Source: Octopus bimaculoides
Lineage: Eukaryota
Length of the DNA stretch: 64,000 nucleotides
Direction: 5' to 3'
Assembly: GCF_001194135.2 (NCBI RefSeq)
Contig: NC_068983.1
Span: forward strand, 33,081,709-33,145,708
Part shown: positions 1 through 13,009 of the stretch, in pieces
Layout: every line of letters starts with the position of its first letter
How positions within the stretch are numbered: position 1 is the stretch's first letter
Notes under the pieces: generated by a model
Seen by the model: only the letters and a program-made list of their open reading frames with translations
Database searches by the model: none
Told to the model about the DNA's origin: nothing
Program-made: the position numbers and the translations under genes

Positions 1-148
1 CAACTTTAACATGGAATAACTTAGGGATTTCTTTTTTTTTTAAGAAGACTAAGAGAAAAAGATGTTTTATATGACACATTCTACCAGTGTTCCAAGTTTC
101 AAAGTGTTTCGTTAATGAAAAATGTGGCCCCCGTTTTAAAAAAGATCC
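1..148. mobile_element. Right end of a GG-ended MITE (same family as 50251-50822), cut by the window edge
   Basis: Matches 50675-50822 with about 2 substitutions; ends in the same 37-bp TIR ...GGCCCCCGTTTTAAAAAAGATCC. Confidence 0.9.
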
Positions 149-235
149 CAGTTGCGTATTGGGGTTGATCTAATCGACTGGCTCCCTCCTAAAAACTTTC
201 GGGCCTTGTGCCTAGAGTAGAAAAGTATATTCAGT
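149..235 (+). mobile_element. 3' part of a tRNA-derived SINE interrupted by the MITE
   Basis: cagttgcgtattggggttgatctaatcgactgg...gcctagagtagaaaag matches the tails of copies at 59495-59662 and 27352-27560. Confidence 0.75.
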
Positions 236-252
236 TATATGAGAACGTATAT

Positions 253-545
253 ATGTAAGGCACGTGGCTTTGGGGTTACAGTATTCTGCTTACGATCTTA
301 TGGCCGTGAGTTCAATTCCCGGTGGAACCTTGTGTCCTTGAGCAAGACACTTTATATTACGTTGCTCCAGTCCACTCGGCTTGCAAAAATAATTTGTACT
401 TGCAATTCGAAGAGCCAGCACATTCTGTATCGCGCTGAAATCTCTCTGAGAACTACATTAAGAGTAAGCATATCTGTGGAGTACTCAGCCACTTGTACGT
501 TAATTTCACGGTCGGATCGTCCGGAACCTTCGTCATAATCGATGG
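253..545 (+). mobile_element. tRNA-derived SINE
   Basis: A/B-box-like head (gtggctttggggtta...gagttcaattcc), central gtgtccttgagcaagacactt motif, 3' part shared with 43493-43872. Confidence 0.75.
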
Positions 546-583
546 AGTACCAGTAATATATATGAATATATATATTCAGTGAA

Positions 584-885
584 GTCGTGTGGCCTAGTAG
601 TTAAGTTATTGCACTCACAATCGTTAAATTATTGCTTCGATTCCCGAACCGGGCAGCGCGTTGTGTTCTTGAGTAAAACATTTCATTTCGCACTGCTCCA
701 GTCCACTCAGCCGTAAACGGGTAGCCCTGTGGCAAACTTGCCTTCCGATCAGGGAGAATGTCGGCCTGATTACCTAGCCAGTGGGGCGGCGTCATTCGAA
801 AGTTAAAACAATGCGAAACGCATTGTGACCAGCGATGTATAACAATATCCGACACTCTGGTTGATACCGTGATATATCTACTCAA
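584..885 (+). mobile_element. tRNA-derived SINE
   Basis: gtggcctagtagttaag A box, ttcgattccc B box, conserved gctccagtccactcagc core. Confidence 0.7.
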
Positions 886-1329
886 TTATAGTTGGTCAAT
901 AAACATCTAATCCCACCAACCTACATTCGTCATTCTCCTTAATCGACTTCCAAATCAACAAACAACTATATACTCTCACTCCACCATTTCACAAGCCTAC
1001 ACAATCACGCACTCGCCTAACCATACACATGTTTACAACTCGTCACCATCACCCTGTACAATCACAAAATCTTTCTAAATAATCACTGATGTTCTCTATT
1101 ACCATTACTCTGTTTCTTATAACTGTAACTAATAGCCAACACTATAATCTACAAGCTGCAGAAATACAATGTAAACCTGGCAGCTACTGTGAGATATTGA
1201 TCTTTCTAACTCCTCAATTAAATCTTACTTTATAATCTAGGGTGGCTTCCCTTTTTCTTAGAGATATGAATGTAGAGTATTCAAACCTGCTTCATAAATA
1301 CGCAACATAAGCATGCACAAACGTATAAT

Positions 1330-1510
1330 ACATACATACATACATGCATACATACATACATACATACATATAGGCTTATATGTACTTTTGTTTGTGTATA
1401 CATAGGTGTATGTACATGTGTGTGCGTGTGTGTACGTGTGTGTGTGTTTATATGTGTGTGCAAGTGCGTGTAGTATATGCGTGTGTATGTATGTATGTAT
1501 NNNNNNNNNN

Positions 1511-1547
<37 letters not shown>

Positions 1548-1686
1548 CACATACAGATAAAGACCTTTAAATAAATAATATTTATCTCTCACCAGATGGA
1601 ATATTTTTTTCGTTTAATTTTTTATCACGGAGATCAGTACATTATATATATATGTAGGGATTTTCACACACACACACTCACACACA

Positions 1687-1723
<37 letters not shown>

Positions 1724-1790
1724 NNNNNNNNNNTATATATATATATATATACATATATATGAATGTGTGTGTGTGTGTGTGTGTGAAAAT
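1330..1790. repeat. Compound (TA)n/(CA)n/(TACA)n microsatellites with N gaps
   Basis: Direct inspection. Confidence 0.9.
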
Positions 1791-2288
1791 CTCTACATTT
1801 TACTATTTACATTCATTTTCGCTTATCAAAGTATAAAATACTATTAAATTATGGAAAAAGAAATTTCCAAAACGATTCATTATAATATCTATGCACCATC
1901 TCGTTATAGCTTCACTACCTATATTTTATTTATTCATTCAAGTAACATTTCTGATATTTTTTCCATACTCTTATAACGTTACTAATTAGATGGTTCTGCT
2001 TACTAAGCGAACATTCTCGAAAATTTTCCGGTAACGTTTCAGCAGCAATTTTGTACAATTTGTTTTCACAAAATCAAGAATGATTATGTGATTTAGAGGA
2101 TCATGACAAAATTACATGATTTCGAGTTCGATCTCTCTGTGCAATACCTTAGGAAATTGTCATATAACACAGATAATTTTAATTCGTCGACCAGTTTAAC
2201 ACCACCACATGATCTTTGTGTGCATTTAGCAAAATTAAGTTGGTTACATTCAGGCTAAATCTCCAATTTGAGAATAATTTCTTCTTAC

Positions 2289-2302
2289 CTGTCTCAAAGG
2301 TC
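2289..2302 (-). other. Candidate 14-nt microexon of an unidentified gene
   Basis: ctttgactcttttcAG|GACCTTTGAGACAG|GTAAGA; strong sites on both sides. Confidence 0.4.
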
Positions 2303-2567
2303 CTGAAAAGAGTCAAAGATACAGCACTTCTTCCTCGAAATCATGGAAAGAAAACTGTTTTCAATGTATTCTTTATGTGAAATTGCTTGCAAATGATTTT
2401 ATGAAACCATGCCAAGCATCTAAACCATTAGCATCACGGCAGTCATTGTAACTATTATTCACAGCTGACTTTCGTATAGTCATTTATTCTTTTCCATTTA
2501 TAAAGCTTTATCAGTAATAACTTTCGTCTGCCTTCCAATCCATGTCATATTAATATTACAGACTTAC

Positions 2568-2591
2568 CTTCTGCCTCTTCTTGGAGTTTAC
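2568..2591 (-). other. Candidate 24-nt microexon of an unidentified gene
   Basis: taaacAG|GTAAACTCCAAGAAGAGGCAGAAG|GTAAGT; purine-rich, strong donor, weak polypyrimidine tract. Confidence 0.3.
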
Positions 2592-2937
2592 CTGTTTACA
2601 TCGCAACTATTAAGTAAGAACTTCCCTTTGTAGAATTGTTACTGACTTCCTGTGATTTATACTCATTTATGCATTTGATGTATTAATATCATAATCTCAT
2701 CCTATCTCTGCTGTTTGCTTGTCTATCCTTTTGTTCTATTATACATATACCAGCTTCATCGATATAGCGAATCTTCATTTAGGCGACTACTACGTCCCTG
2801 AATTTAGAGTAAAAGTTCAGACACAAATTCAACTTGAACACTAATAGTATGCACCTTACGTCAGTTGACAACGTATTACCACAATACATGTATGTGTATG
2901 TATATAAATGTATATATGTATATTTATGTCCCTTTCT

Positions 2938-2980
<43 letters not shown>

Positions 2981-2984
<4 letters not shown>

Positions 2985-3175
2985 GCGGTATCAAAACGTT
3001 CCCGAACTAGTTATGTTTAATAAAAAATAATTTCTTTAACCAAGTTTTAACATCATCTCTTTCGAAATAGTCTCCTTGCGCAGCAATACACCAGTCCCAG
3101 CGTTTTCCGTAAGTGAGTTGAAGATTTTCTGCGATTTGCTCTGGATCACGACAGCAGTGTCAAAACGGGTATTTT
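2981..3175 (-). mobile_element. Mariner 3' end fragment
   Basis: TA|cgaggcggtatcaaaacgttcc TIR; minus strand encodes KRWDWCIAAQGDYFE, a mariner C-terminal motif. Confidence 0.8.
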
Positions 3176-3180
3176 TCCAA

Positions 3181-4690
3181 CTCTAGGTATTTTTCCAATT
3201 TTCTATTAGATACGTATAGAATGTGTCTCCAAATATGCGAGTAGATTCTCGCAAATATTTTTCTGATGGTAATGCATTACTAAGTTGGCATATGTAGGGG
3301 TAACTTTGGTTCCCATCGTAGTCGCTGATATTTAATGCTATGTTAGATTGAGAAGTAATTATTTTGTATTGTGAATCTCAAAACTTCAGTGATAAAGTAT
3401 TTTTCGAGACGGTCTGATAATTCGGTTTAGTATGCATTTAACCAATATCATATTGCCTTGATTCTATAACCATAGCAGTATAGATTAATAACATTTAAAG
3501 AAGCAATAATTGTATTTTGACCCAATGTGTTTGGTAAGTGATTAAGTAAATCCGAGTCATCTCAAATAAAACTCTGTGCAAATCCTTTTTGCAAAATTGA
3601 AAAGAATGTTTTTTTTGTTTTGTTTTTTTGTTTAGAATGGCAGGATCTAAAAAGAAGGTATTGTTTTGAATCCGTGAATTTCTGGTGGATATTTGTTTTA
3701 TATTTTTGTGATTTGAGAAAGGTTTTTAGTAAGGTGTCCAAAATTGCTTAACCTGCGTGATTCACATACAGGGTCTGTTATAAATGGTCTGAGTTTCAAG
3801 TCGTCTGGAGATGCTGTTTTGATATATTCGGATTTAGAGATTTTTTTTTGTTTTTTTTGTTACAAGCGTTGTGTATAATATATTGGGTCGACCTTAGAAA
3901 TTGCTGGTTTTGCAGCAAAAACTGCTTATATAGTAAACTTTTTGGTGTTAAACATTTATGATATTTATTCAATAAAATCAAAAGACTTCCCATTACCCTT
4001 GATTATTTATAGTTTTCTGTTTTCATAATACTTATTTTTTTCTAGCTTTTTAAATATACGTTCTTTGTAATACTTGGTATCCATGATAACATTATTTTGT
4101 CGCGTTTAATCGTAACTTTAGTATCTTTCTTTTTGTAGATTAGATATTCTTATTTGTGTTTGAGAAATTTGGCTTTATATTCTTGGAAAAATTGATAATC
4201 AGTTCACAGAAGGTATCAAGGACTTTATTATTTCCATTATTTAGACAAAATTCGTTTTATTTTTTGCTAGTGATTCATCGTTACTATCATTTTCACTTTC
4301 AAAAACATATCAGCTCGTCTTAGTGTTCCTCGGTACTCTGTGATGTCATTTTTCATTTCAGGCTGGTTGAACCTTCGGGAGTGGGTGTAATTTTGTCCCT
4401 TACTCAATATATTAAAATGTACATCGTTTAATGTTTTCTAAGATAAGCTAATGACCTTTGGCTTCTCCTGTTCGGTAGCCATCTTGTGTCTGATATCTCT
4501 GGGTTTGGGTTTTCGATCTAAAAAAACAACTGCTGTTTTGCTCATCTTTAGCATTAATTGTTCTCTTTTGAGTTGATTTATCGATTTTACCCCACGTTTT
4601 AAGCTAAACATTGATATTTTGTCCAGGGTTATTGCTGGTGCGAATGTTCCACTTGAAAATATAATTTTAGATTTCATATTCATTAATTAA
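3181..4690 (-). mobile_element. Decayed Penelope-like retroelement (RT region)
   Basis: Minus strand TTMGTKVTPTYANLVM near 3280-3325 (Penelope RT motif GTxMGxxxAPxYANL); collinear paralog at 10330-12030. Confidence 0.8.
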
Positions 4691-5152
4691 ATTCTTCCGA
4701 GGCTTTGGGTTCGAGTGTGCATATGTGAATGTGTGTACGGGTGCATTTGCTTGTGTGTGCGTGTATGTATATGTATGTGTATGTATATTCGTATGTATAT
4801 GTATATGTGTGGGTATGCGTTTATATATATATATATATATATGTGTGTATGTATGTATGTATGTATGAATGTATTTTCTTTTTTAAAAAAAAGGATGCAC
4901 ACATTCAACACATTAATGGATGGCTTCATTGAGCAATATTGTCCTAGCTGTACTAAAAGATGGAATGGTCATGGTTAGAATGTGTTTGATCAAAGATTTA
5001 TTCAATCGGGATTGCTGTATCATTTACTAAACTGTAATAATAGATATCAAAAAAGTAATGAGTGTAAGCTTGTATATACTCTTGTTTTAAGAACAGTGAA
5101 ACAGCTTAAATTTCTTAACATTCTCTCTATTGTCTCAGAATTGAGGACCATA

Positions 5153-5545
5153 CTCTTTTATTTGTTTCAGTCATTTGACTGTGGCCATGCTGGAGCACCG
5201 CCTTTAGTCAAGCAAATCGACCTCAGGACTTATTCTTTGGAAGCCTAGTACTTATTCTATCGGTTTCATTAACCGAACTGCTAAGTTACGGGGACACAAA
5301 CACACCAGCATCTATTGTCAAGCGATGTTGGGGGGACAAACACGCAAACATATACACACACATATATGTATATATATACGACGGTCTTCTTTCAGTTTCC
5401 GTCTACCAAATCCGCTCACATGGCTTTGGTCGGCCCGAGTCTATAGTAGAAGACACTGGCCCAAGGTGCCACGCAGTGGGACTAAACCCGGAACCATGTG
5501 GTTCGTAAGGAAGCTACTTACAACACAACCACTCCTATGCCTATA
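5153..5545 (-). mobile_element. tRNA-derived SINE with internal (CA)/(TA) microsatellite
   Basis: Same family as 15775-16130, 57075-57425 and 59828-60410; tRNA-like head at the right end. Confidence 0.85.
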
Positions 5546-6379
5546 TGTAAAATAAATTCAGATTATGCCACAGAAATAGAACTATAGCATAAATATTATC
5601 AGTACCACTTGAAGTATGTGTGTTGTTTAAATGCCAGAAGCTGCAGTTCATTGTCCTGGAAAATTCTATTAAAGATGTGTAATGTTAAAAAACAATATAC
5701 TTCAGAGCTAGGTAAAATGAAACCATCCTAGAAGTGATCACGAGAGAGAAGTAGATATGTATTTCACTGTATTTGTAGCTTATCAGTACTATACACTTGA
5801 GTTACTTTTGAAACAAAACTGAAATCTCTAGCCTGAAATATATACAGATAGTGTAAAAATTGACAGGTAATTCTAATGAAAGATAGTCATTTGGTAAGGT
5901 TGCTTAGACATCAGAAAAGCGCTTCTTACACTATTCATTGGTTAACTGCAAGCCAAGTTCAATCTCCATTGAAATCAACTTCAGCTTTTGCATTACTTTG
6001 TGTCAATAATTAAAATACGTGTGTTTAAATATTTTTGTGCTATTGTAAAGTATGTATTTGAGTGTGTTATCATTATAGACGGATATTCATTATTTATGGA
6101 TATGAAGCTACAATATGCGATTAAAAAGACGTTGATCCTTTGTTGCACTGCCTATCCGCCACGATGAGACATGTCATTTAGCGTGGACATATAGTATCAG
6201 ACATTATATGGTAACTCGAAACGTATTAGAGCATTTCAACTAGCATGTCGACTTGCAGTCATGAGTGAAAATTGACCTTTAATGTCTAGACGAATCCTTC
6301 AGCGTGTACATGCTGTAGGAGTCCAAAAATCCCCTCTAAGGACATTCCTTAACAAATAAAACAAGAAATGATGGAAATG

Positions 6380-6860
6380 AGCTAACCAAATATTAGTATG
6401 TTATTAGTTTTTTTTCCTTAAGGAGAAAATTTTTTTAATATTTGATGAACTCTCTTGATTCTCTCCCTTCCTCCACCTTTGAATTAACATTTAGCTTACG
6501 ACTTTAGTTTACATTACTGTGATCTATTTTGCCCTCCTCCCCCATTTTAATCATTTAATTTAAACCTTTAGTATAGCGTTTACAGCCCCTCCCTTTATAA
6601 CTCTATGTAAACAAGCGTTCTTACTTCTAACGGTCACTTACTTGGCCATGTAATATTATAACTCGTAAGTTGCCTCATCATTTCGCATTTGTCTTGCTTC
6701 TATATGTTGGTTTCCTGACGATGAATATATGTGGAATTCCAGCAGCTCTTACTTCTTTGGAGTAGAGTAGACATATATTTTGAAACATATGTAGGAATTA
6801 AAGGAACTTTTATTTATATGCGTTTTGCTCCATTTATTGTTATTATTCATATCTACTCAA
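6380..6860 (+). mobile_element. Penelope-like LTR remnant carrying a hammerhead motif
   Basis: Pyrimidine-rich LTR-like sequence around the ribozyme core; boundaries approximate. Confidence 0.5.
6709..6799 (+). ncRNA. Type I hammerhead ribozyme motif
   Basis: CUGACGA 6715-6721; 9-bp stem II (6724-6732 with 6771-6779); GAAA 6782-6785; palindromic stem III ACAUAUGU; GUA cleavage triplet 6791-6793; stem I GGUUUC/GGAAUU. Confidence 0.7.
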
Positions 6861-7151
6861 AATGCATCACTTTAACTTAGTNNNNNNNNNNNNNNNNNNN
6901 NNNNNNNNNNNNNNNNNNNNNNNNNNNNNNNNNNNNNNNNNNNNNNNNNNNNNNNNNNNNNNNNNNNNNNNNNNNNNNNNNNNNNNNNNNNNNNNNNNNN
7001 NNNNNNNNNNNNNNNNNNNNNNNNNNNNNNNNNNNNNNNNNNNNNNNNNNNNNNNNNNNNNNNNNNNNNNNNNNNNNNNNNNNNNNNNNNNNNNNNNNNN
7101 NNNNNNNNNNNNNNNNNNNNNNNNNNNNNNNNNNNNNNNNNNNNNNNNNNN

Positions 7152-7182
<31 letters not shown>

Positions 7183-7563
7183 ATGTATGTATATGTATAC
7201 ATATATATATATAAAACTTCACGATGAAAGTAAACAAACAAAGTTTGTTTGTTTGTTTTTTTAAGAACCGTTGAGATGTATTGTAAGATACGGAAATAAA
7301 TTTATTTCTCAAACGCGTGATAATGCTATAAATAGCGTGATCAGGATAAATTATCCATATATTGCAGAAAAATACGTTGCCGGCCAGCCATGAGACTCGA
7401 ACTCACATCTCTGTGATTACATGTCAAGTATTTTACCATTAAACCAAACTGCCCATTGATGTTATGTTTTCATTGAACAATTAAATGGAGCCGCTTGAAA
7501 CGGCTGTAGTGCATTGATGTCTGTACAACCTTGTTACTTATTTACATTCTCTCTCTCTCTCTC

Positions 7564-7630
<67 letters not shown>

Positions 7631-7951
7631 GTATATATGTATATAGCGCAAAACAAATTACTGCATCGCAGACTTCAAGGTGACAGGTTGGGAGATTTTT
7701 TAAACGTAGTAAGTAACACGTACTGAAGAAGTTAAGGCTATAATGCCAGTCCAGAAACCGGTCCACGTGAGTCCAAATACCAGAAGATATATAGCTGGAT
7801 GCTATATAGGTATGTGACTTGATTTTCTTGACCCCTTCTCCCGAGTATGGTTGACTTATGTAGTTATTATCAGTGCTATTTTTTCTGCGGCTTAAATAAG
7901 AGTTTTGACTGTTATTTCCAACAGTTAGACATTCTCAGTATGTCTTTTGTT

Positions 7952-7990
<39 letters not shown>

Positions 7991-7993
<3 letters not shown>

Positions 7994-8109
7994 GTATAAA
8001 GAGAGAAAAGGATAAAGAGAACAATGGCAAAGTTAGAAATATATTTATTCATAAAATATATTTTAAACTTTGCTATTGTTCTCTTTATCCTTTTCTCTCT
8101 TTATACATA
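7991..8109. repeat. 119-bp near-perfect palindrome (fold-back) between CA microsatellites
   Basis: Arms of about 55 bp with about 3 mismatches around a short loop. Confidence 0.85.
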
Positions 8110-8248
8110 CACACACTAATACACGACCTATGTTATAATCTCTACTCATGTTTATACAACGAAAGGGGAAAAACTAGCCGGTATACAGCACTTACTAGGT
8201 ATTACCTGTATCTTTGGTTTTGGTTGAATCCAATACCCTTCATAACCT

Positions 8249-8310
<62 letters not shown>

Positions 8311-10329
8311 ATTGTGGGATATTGGGAAGTTTAATGTCCCAAAATGATTGTTTCACAATCTAGTAATAAACTCCCTAGTCACTGTGAGTTGTAAGGCACT
8401 GAATATCCCAATAGCCTCACTAAAATTGTTATTCTACCAATGTATTAGCTTCTGTCTGTCTTTGAGTTAATAATACCCAGTACAACTAATGCTGTCAACT
8501 GAAGTCATCGTAAAATATTGTATAGTGAATTAGGACTGGCATACTTAATGTATCAAAATCATGTTAAATGATTAAAATTATGTGATACGTCTTCACTATT
8601 TCCCTCTTTCTTTCTTTCTTCTCTCTCTCTCTTCTCTTCGTTCGCTGTTACAAATCTATTTATGCCCGCCTATTCATACTCTAACCTCTCGTCATCAGGC
8701 ACAAAACCACCTCACTCAATGCTACTACCAATGTTAGTCGAGGGAGTGTCATGCAAGATACCTAGAGAATTCACTGGTGATGGTGCTGCATAAAAACCAC
8801 CCAAAACAAACTGTAAAGAGGTAAGCGTTAAAAAGGGTATCCAGTTGTAGGTGCTATGCCAAAACATATACTACAGCTTAACAGTCCTTTGGTTCGCCAG
8901 CTCCTGTCAAACCGCCCAACCCATGCCAGTATGGAAAGTTGACTTTAAATTATGATAATGATGATGATCATCATCATCATCATCATGGAGAAATAATGAG
9001 AAGAAAATATCTTTCACTTCATTTATTAATTCTTGTCTATAAAGTAAGGAACGGTATTTTGAAAATTAAAATCATTAAATGATTGGGGTTTTGCAGTAAA
9101 AGAGCGAACTTGATCTTTTGTAACTATCATCACAACTCCGAATATGTTTCATCTTTATAACACCTTTTCAACTAAATTAGCTTCCGAAAAGTTTAGTTCA
9201 TGACTAATATTCCAGCAAGTATGGAAGACATTTCCTGACATATTTAAACTTATTAGATTTATCAGCTAAACATAGATTTTATTGTATTTCCTGAAGTATT
9301 GGAGAAAGAATCAGCAAATAAGTATGTGAATAATGCATATATGTAGGCGTGAAAACTGACATTTTTTTCACTCACTAATGTCAATTAGTTATTGTAACTA
9401 CTTTTCTTTGTTTTCAGGTAATTTAAAATCTCATTTTCACTATGTTCTTGCGTAGTTCTCTTTTATTTTTGCCTGTAATTGTAATTTCGAGTTTTCCTAA
9501 TTCATAAATTTTTCATCTCTAATTTACTTGTCTTTTGCTAAAAAAAATGTCTCTTAGCTCAAAGGTAAAATTTATATGTTTTCTCTTAGCTCATTGAGTA
9601 AATACTCTTGTTAGACTGTGATATAACGGTATCTAGTATTATCACTAACACTTCCTCTCTAGCGCTAAGAAAACTTCCATTTCTACTTGCTTTAAAAAAT
9701 ATAATTTCTATATATAATATATCTATGCAACGTTCAGACATACAAACACGACTGAAACAATACTTCGCTAAGGTGGAAGTAATTCGCGGGTTCAGCAAAC
9801 TAAACCAACATTTTCTGATATTTTCAGATCATATTTCAACAACAATTTCGTTAAATGCATTTATTTTCACGGAATCGGGTATATCTGTGTGATTAGGAAA
9901 TTCGTTCCACAACTACGTAGTTTCTAGTTCGATCACTCTGTGCAGTACCTTAGGAAATTGTTTTATAATGCAGTTAGAATCGACAAAGCCTTGTGAGTGA
10001 AATCTGGTAGACAGCGATATCTGGACAGTATTGCCTTCTATCAGGTTCCCAGACACAGCACTTCTAGCTCTTCAGTCTTCCTCAAAACTCTGGACTTATT
10101 TAAAGCTTTAGCTTTAACTAAATCACAGTCAGTAACATTGACTGTGGTTCAGTAGCGCAACTCAGTCAATGTTGTTGATTGTGTTTTAGTTAAAACTATA
10201 GTTTTAAATTTGCCCAGAAGTGAAAAATATTTTTTTCATTTCATTATTATCGTCATCGTCATCATCGTCATCATTATGGACTGTGTCAACTCCATCGTAA
10301 ACTGAATATTGTCGTTTTTTTTTTTTAAC

Positions 10330-12030
10330 TTCTTAAATTTCTCAAGTTTAGTTTGATCCTCCTGCCATAGAATTGAACAGGTATCTAAGTACTTTTTTAC
10401 AGTTTTTCTTTCAGATACATGTAGAGTGTGTCTCCAAATATCTGAGTAGGCTCTTCGTAAATTTTCATTTCAAGGTAACCCATTACTAAGTTAGCATTGC
10501 AATGCTTGATATTTGACAGAACGTAAGATCATCGAATACAAAGTAATTATATTGTAACGTGAATCTCAGACCATCAGTGATGAAGTTTTTTGATGCGGCT
10601 CAGTAATTCGATTTGGTGTGCATCTGACCCAATTTTTATTACATCGATTCCATTAGAATGTGGGTAAGGAAACAATAATTGTATTTTGGCTCACTGTGTT
10701 TGATAAGTGTTTCAGTAATTCTAAGTCATCTCAAATAACACTTTGAGTGTGTTTTGAGAAAAATTTTAGTAAGATGTCCAATAAATTGCTTAATCTATTT
10801 GTATCACCTGCAGAGCCTGCTATAATTGGTCTAAGTTACGAATCCTCTAGAGATGCTGTTTTGATATATTCAAATTTAGAGTTTATTACAAGCGTCACTT
10901 ATAGGTTTATTCTTGTGTTTTGAGTCGACCACAGAAATTGCTGGTTTTGCATCTGAAACTGTTTATATTACCAAATTCTTTACGGGTCAAGCATTTGTGG
11001 TATCTATGCAATAAAGTCTGGCGATTTCCCATCACCTTTGATTCTTTTCAGCTCTCTATGTTTTCGTAATAGTTGCTATTTTTCTAACATTCTAAGTACA
11101 AGTTCTTTGTTAAAATTTGTATCTGTGATAAAATTAACACCAACTTTTAATCAAAATTAATTTTAATCAAAATTTCAATGCGCTTTTGTAGATTAATTAG
11201 ATTTTACCATGCGGAGTTTGAAAATTTTGACTTCTTATTTTTTCCCTTTTTCCCCTCTTTCAGACAGAATTTGCTTTTTTGCTTTTTTACTACTCACTAT
11301 CTACATCGTTACTATTATTTTCACTTTCAAAGAAGTGTTTAGCAGAACTCTGTGATCTCATGTTTTCATTTCAGGGTGGATAAACTTTCAGGAGCGAGTG
11401 TAATTTTAGTTCCTTACTCAATATATTAAAATGTACATCGTTTAATGCATAGGTTCTCAAAGTGGGCGCTACCCCCCCCCCCTGGTGGGCGTTAAGAAGA
11501 TCTAGGTGGGTGCTGGTGTCTAAGGCGGCGGTGTGGGATGGGGGTAGAGAAAAACGTATTGGGAAGAAGGCAATGGATTGAGGGACGCTATGAATGTATA
11601 ATATTATTATAGTATTGTATACAAATTATATAAGATTATATTAAGTATCAAATGATTCATAGTATATATAAATTAGTAAAATATAGAATATTTATTCATA
11701 CATAAAAATAGGGGTGGGCGCTGAAGGTATTATGTAGCCATGAGAGGGGCGGTGGCTCAAAAAGTTTGAGAATCTCCGGTTTAATGTTTTCTTTGATAAG
11801 TTAATGACCTCTGGCAGTATGACAACCATTTTCTGTCCTGATATCTCTTGGGCCCGATGTCAAAAATAACTTTTGTTTTAATCATCTTTAGCAATGTTTG
11901 CTCTTCTGTTTTGAGCTGATTTATCGATTTTATCCCATGTGTTATGGTAAACATTGGTATTTTGTCCCAAAGTATAACTAGTCTGAATGTTCCTGTTAAA
12001 AATTTAATTTTGGATTTCATGTTTATGAGT
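10330..12030 (-). mobile_element. Second decayed Penelope-like retroelement
   Basis: Aligns with 3181-4690; remnant RYL..F.LWQEDQTKLEKF around the deleted catalytic DD near 10340-10390. Confidence 0.8.
11448..11778. mobile_element. hAT-type MITE with 8-bp TSD
   Basis: Degenerate CAGGGGTTCTCAAA-type TIRs; GTTTAATG at 11440-11447 and 11779-11786; the paralog near 4427 shows the empty site. Confidence 0.85.
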
Positions 12031-12123
12031 TACATTCTAATTGGGATTTGGATTATTTCTGTTACGTGGTTGTATCTGTATGTGCGTGTGTATGTATGTA
12101 TTAATGTGTTCGAATATGCATGA

Positions 12124-12164
<41 letters not shown>

Positions 12165-12184
12165 NNNNNNNNNNAAATGTCTAT

Positions 12185-12940
12185 AAAACAGTCAAAAGCT
12201 TGTAATTTTTATGTTTTTTTGATTTATTATTAGTGTTGCTTAATAGGTTTTGCTAAAATTGCTGTTTCTTTTCAGATATCATCAGAAAAAAGTAATTAAA
12301 ATTCATTAAAATGACAAATCTATTGGCCTTTCAAAGAGGTCAAATTGTTGGTGCGCGTATGGTATGCGATAGAGTAATGAAAACAGCCGAAATGTTTGGT
12401 GTATCAAGAAGTACTTTCTCGATAGTAATGACAGCCTTTGAGAAAGAGGGAAAAACCTCCTCGTCGAAACATAACTCCAGAAAAAAACCAAAACTTTCAG
12501 ATGGGGACCGTCGGACTCTTACGTGAATTGTTAGAAAGGATCACAAAATTACAGCTCCCAAAATTACTGTAGAGCTTAATGACCACCTCCAGAACCCGAT
12601 TTCCACAAAAACTGTTCACCGGGAGCTGCACAAAGCCAGATCTCACAGGAGGGCTGCAATCAGAAAATCACTACTTTCAAAAACAAACGTTGCAAAGCGT
12701 TTAGAGTAGAGTAAAAACCTACAGAATTGGTTCCTAGAGTAGTGGAAGAAAGTTATTTTCTCGGACGAGTTATCCTTTACCTTATTTCCGAACACTGACT
12801 GAGTATATGTGTGGAGACAGCCAAAAGAAGCATTTGACCCAGACTGCCTTCTTCCGACTGTTAAACACGGAGGAGGATCTGTGATGATCTGGGGAGCTAT
12901 AATTTGGAAATTCGCCGGCCCAATGGTCTCCCTTCAAGTT
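12185..12940 (+). mobile_element. Tc1-like transposase pseudogene, 3' truncated
   Basis: MTNLLAFQRGQIVGAR..., ...WKKVIFSDE..., ...PTVKHGGGSVMIWG with in-frame stops. Confidence 0.9.
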
Positions 12941-13009
12941 AACACTCAAACATATCCTTAGTATTACTTGTACCTAGTATTACCTATGTTTAATATTGCT
13001 AGTGCATAG

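Noticed and set aside
1281-1847. ORFs rich in YI/HT/CV dipeptides (also at 4687-4978, 6862-7312, 7514-7766, 55832-56725, 59918-60277)
   Set aside because: Translations of dinucleotide microsatellites and N gaps, not genes
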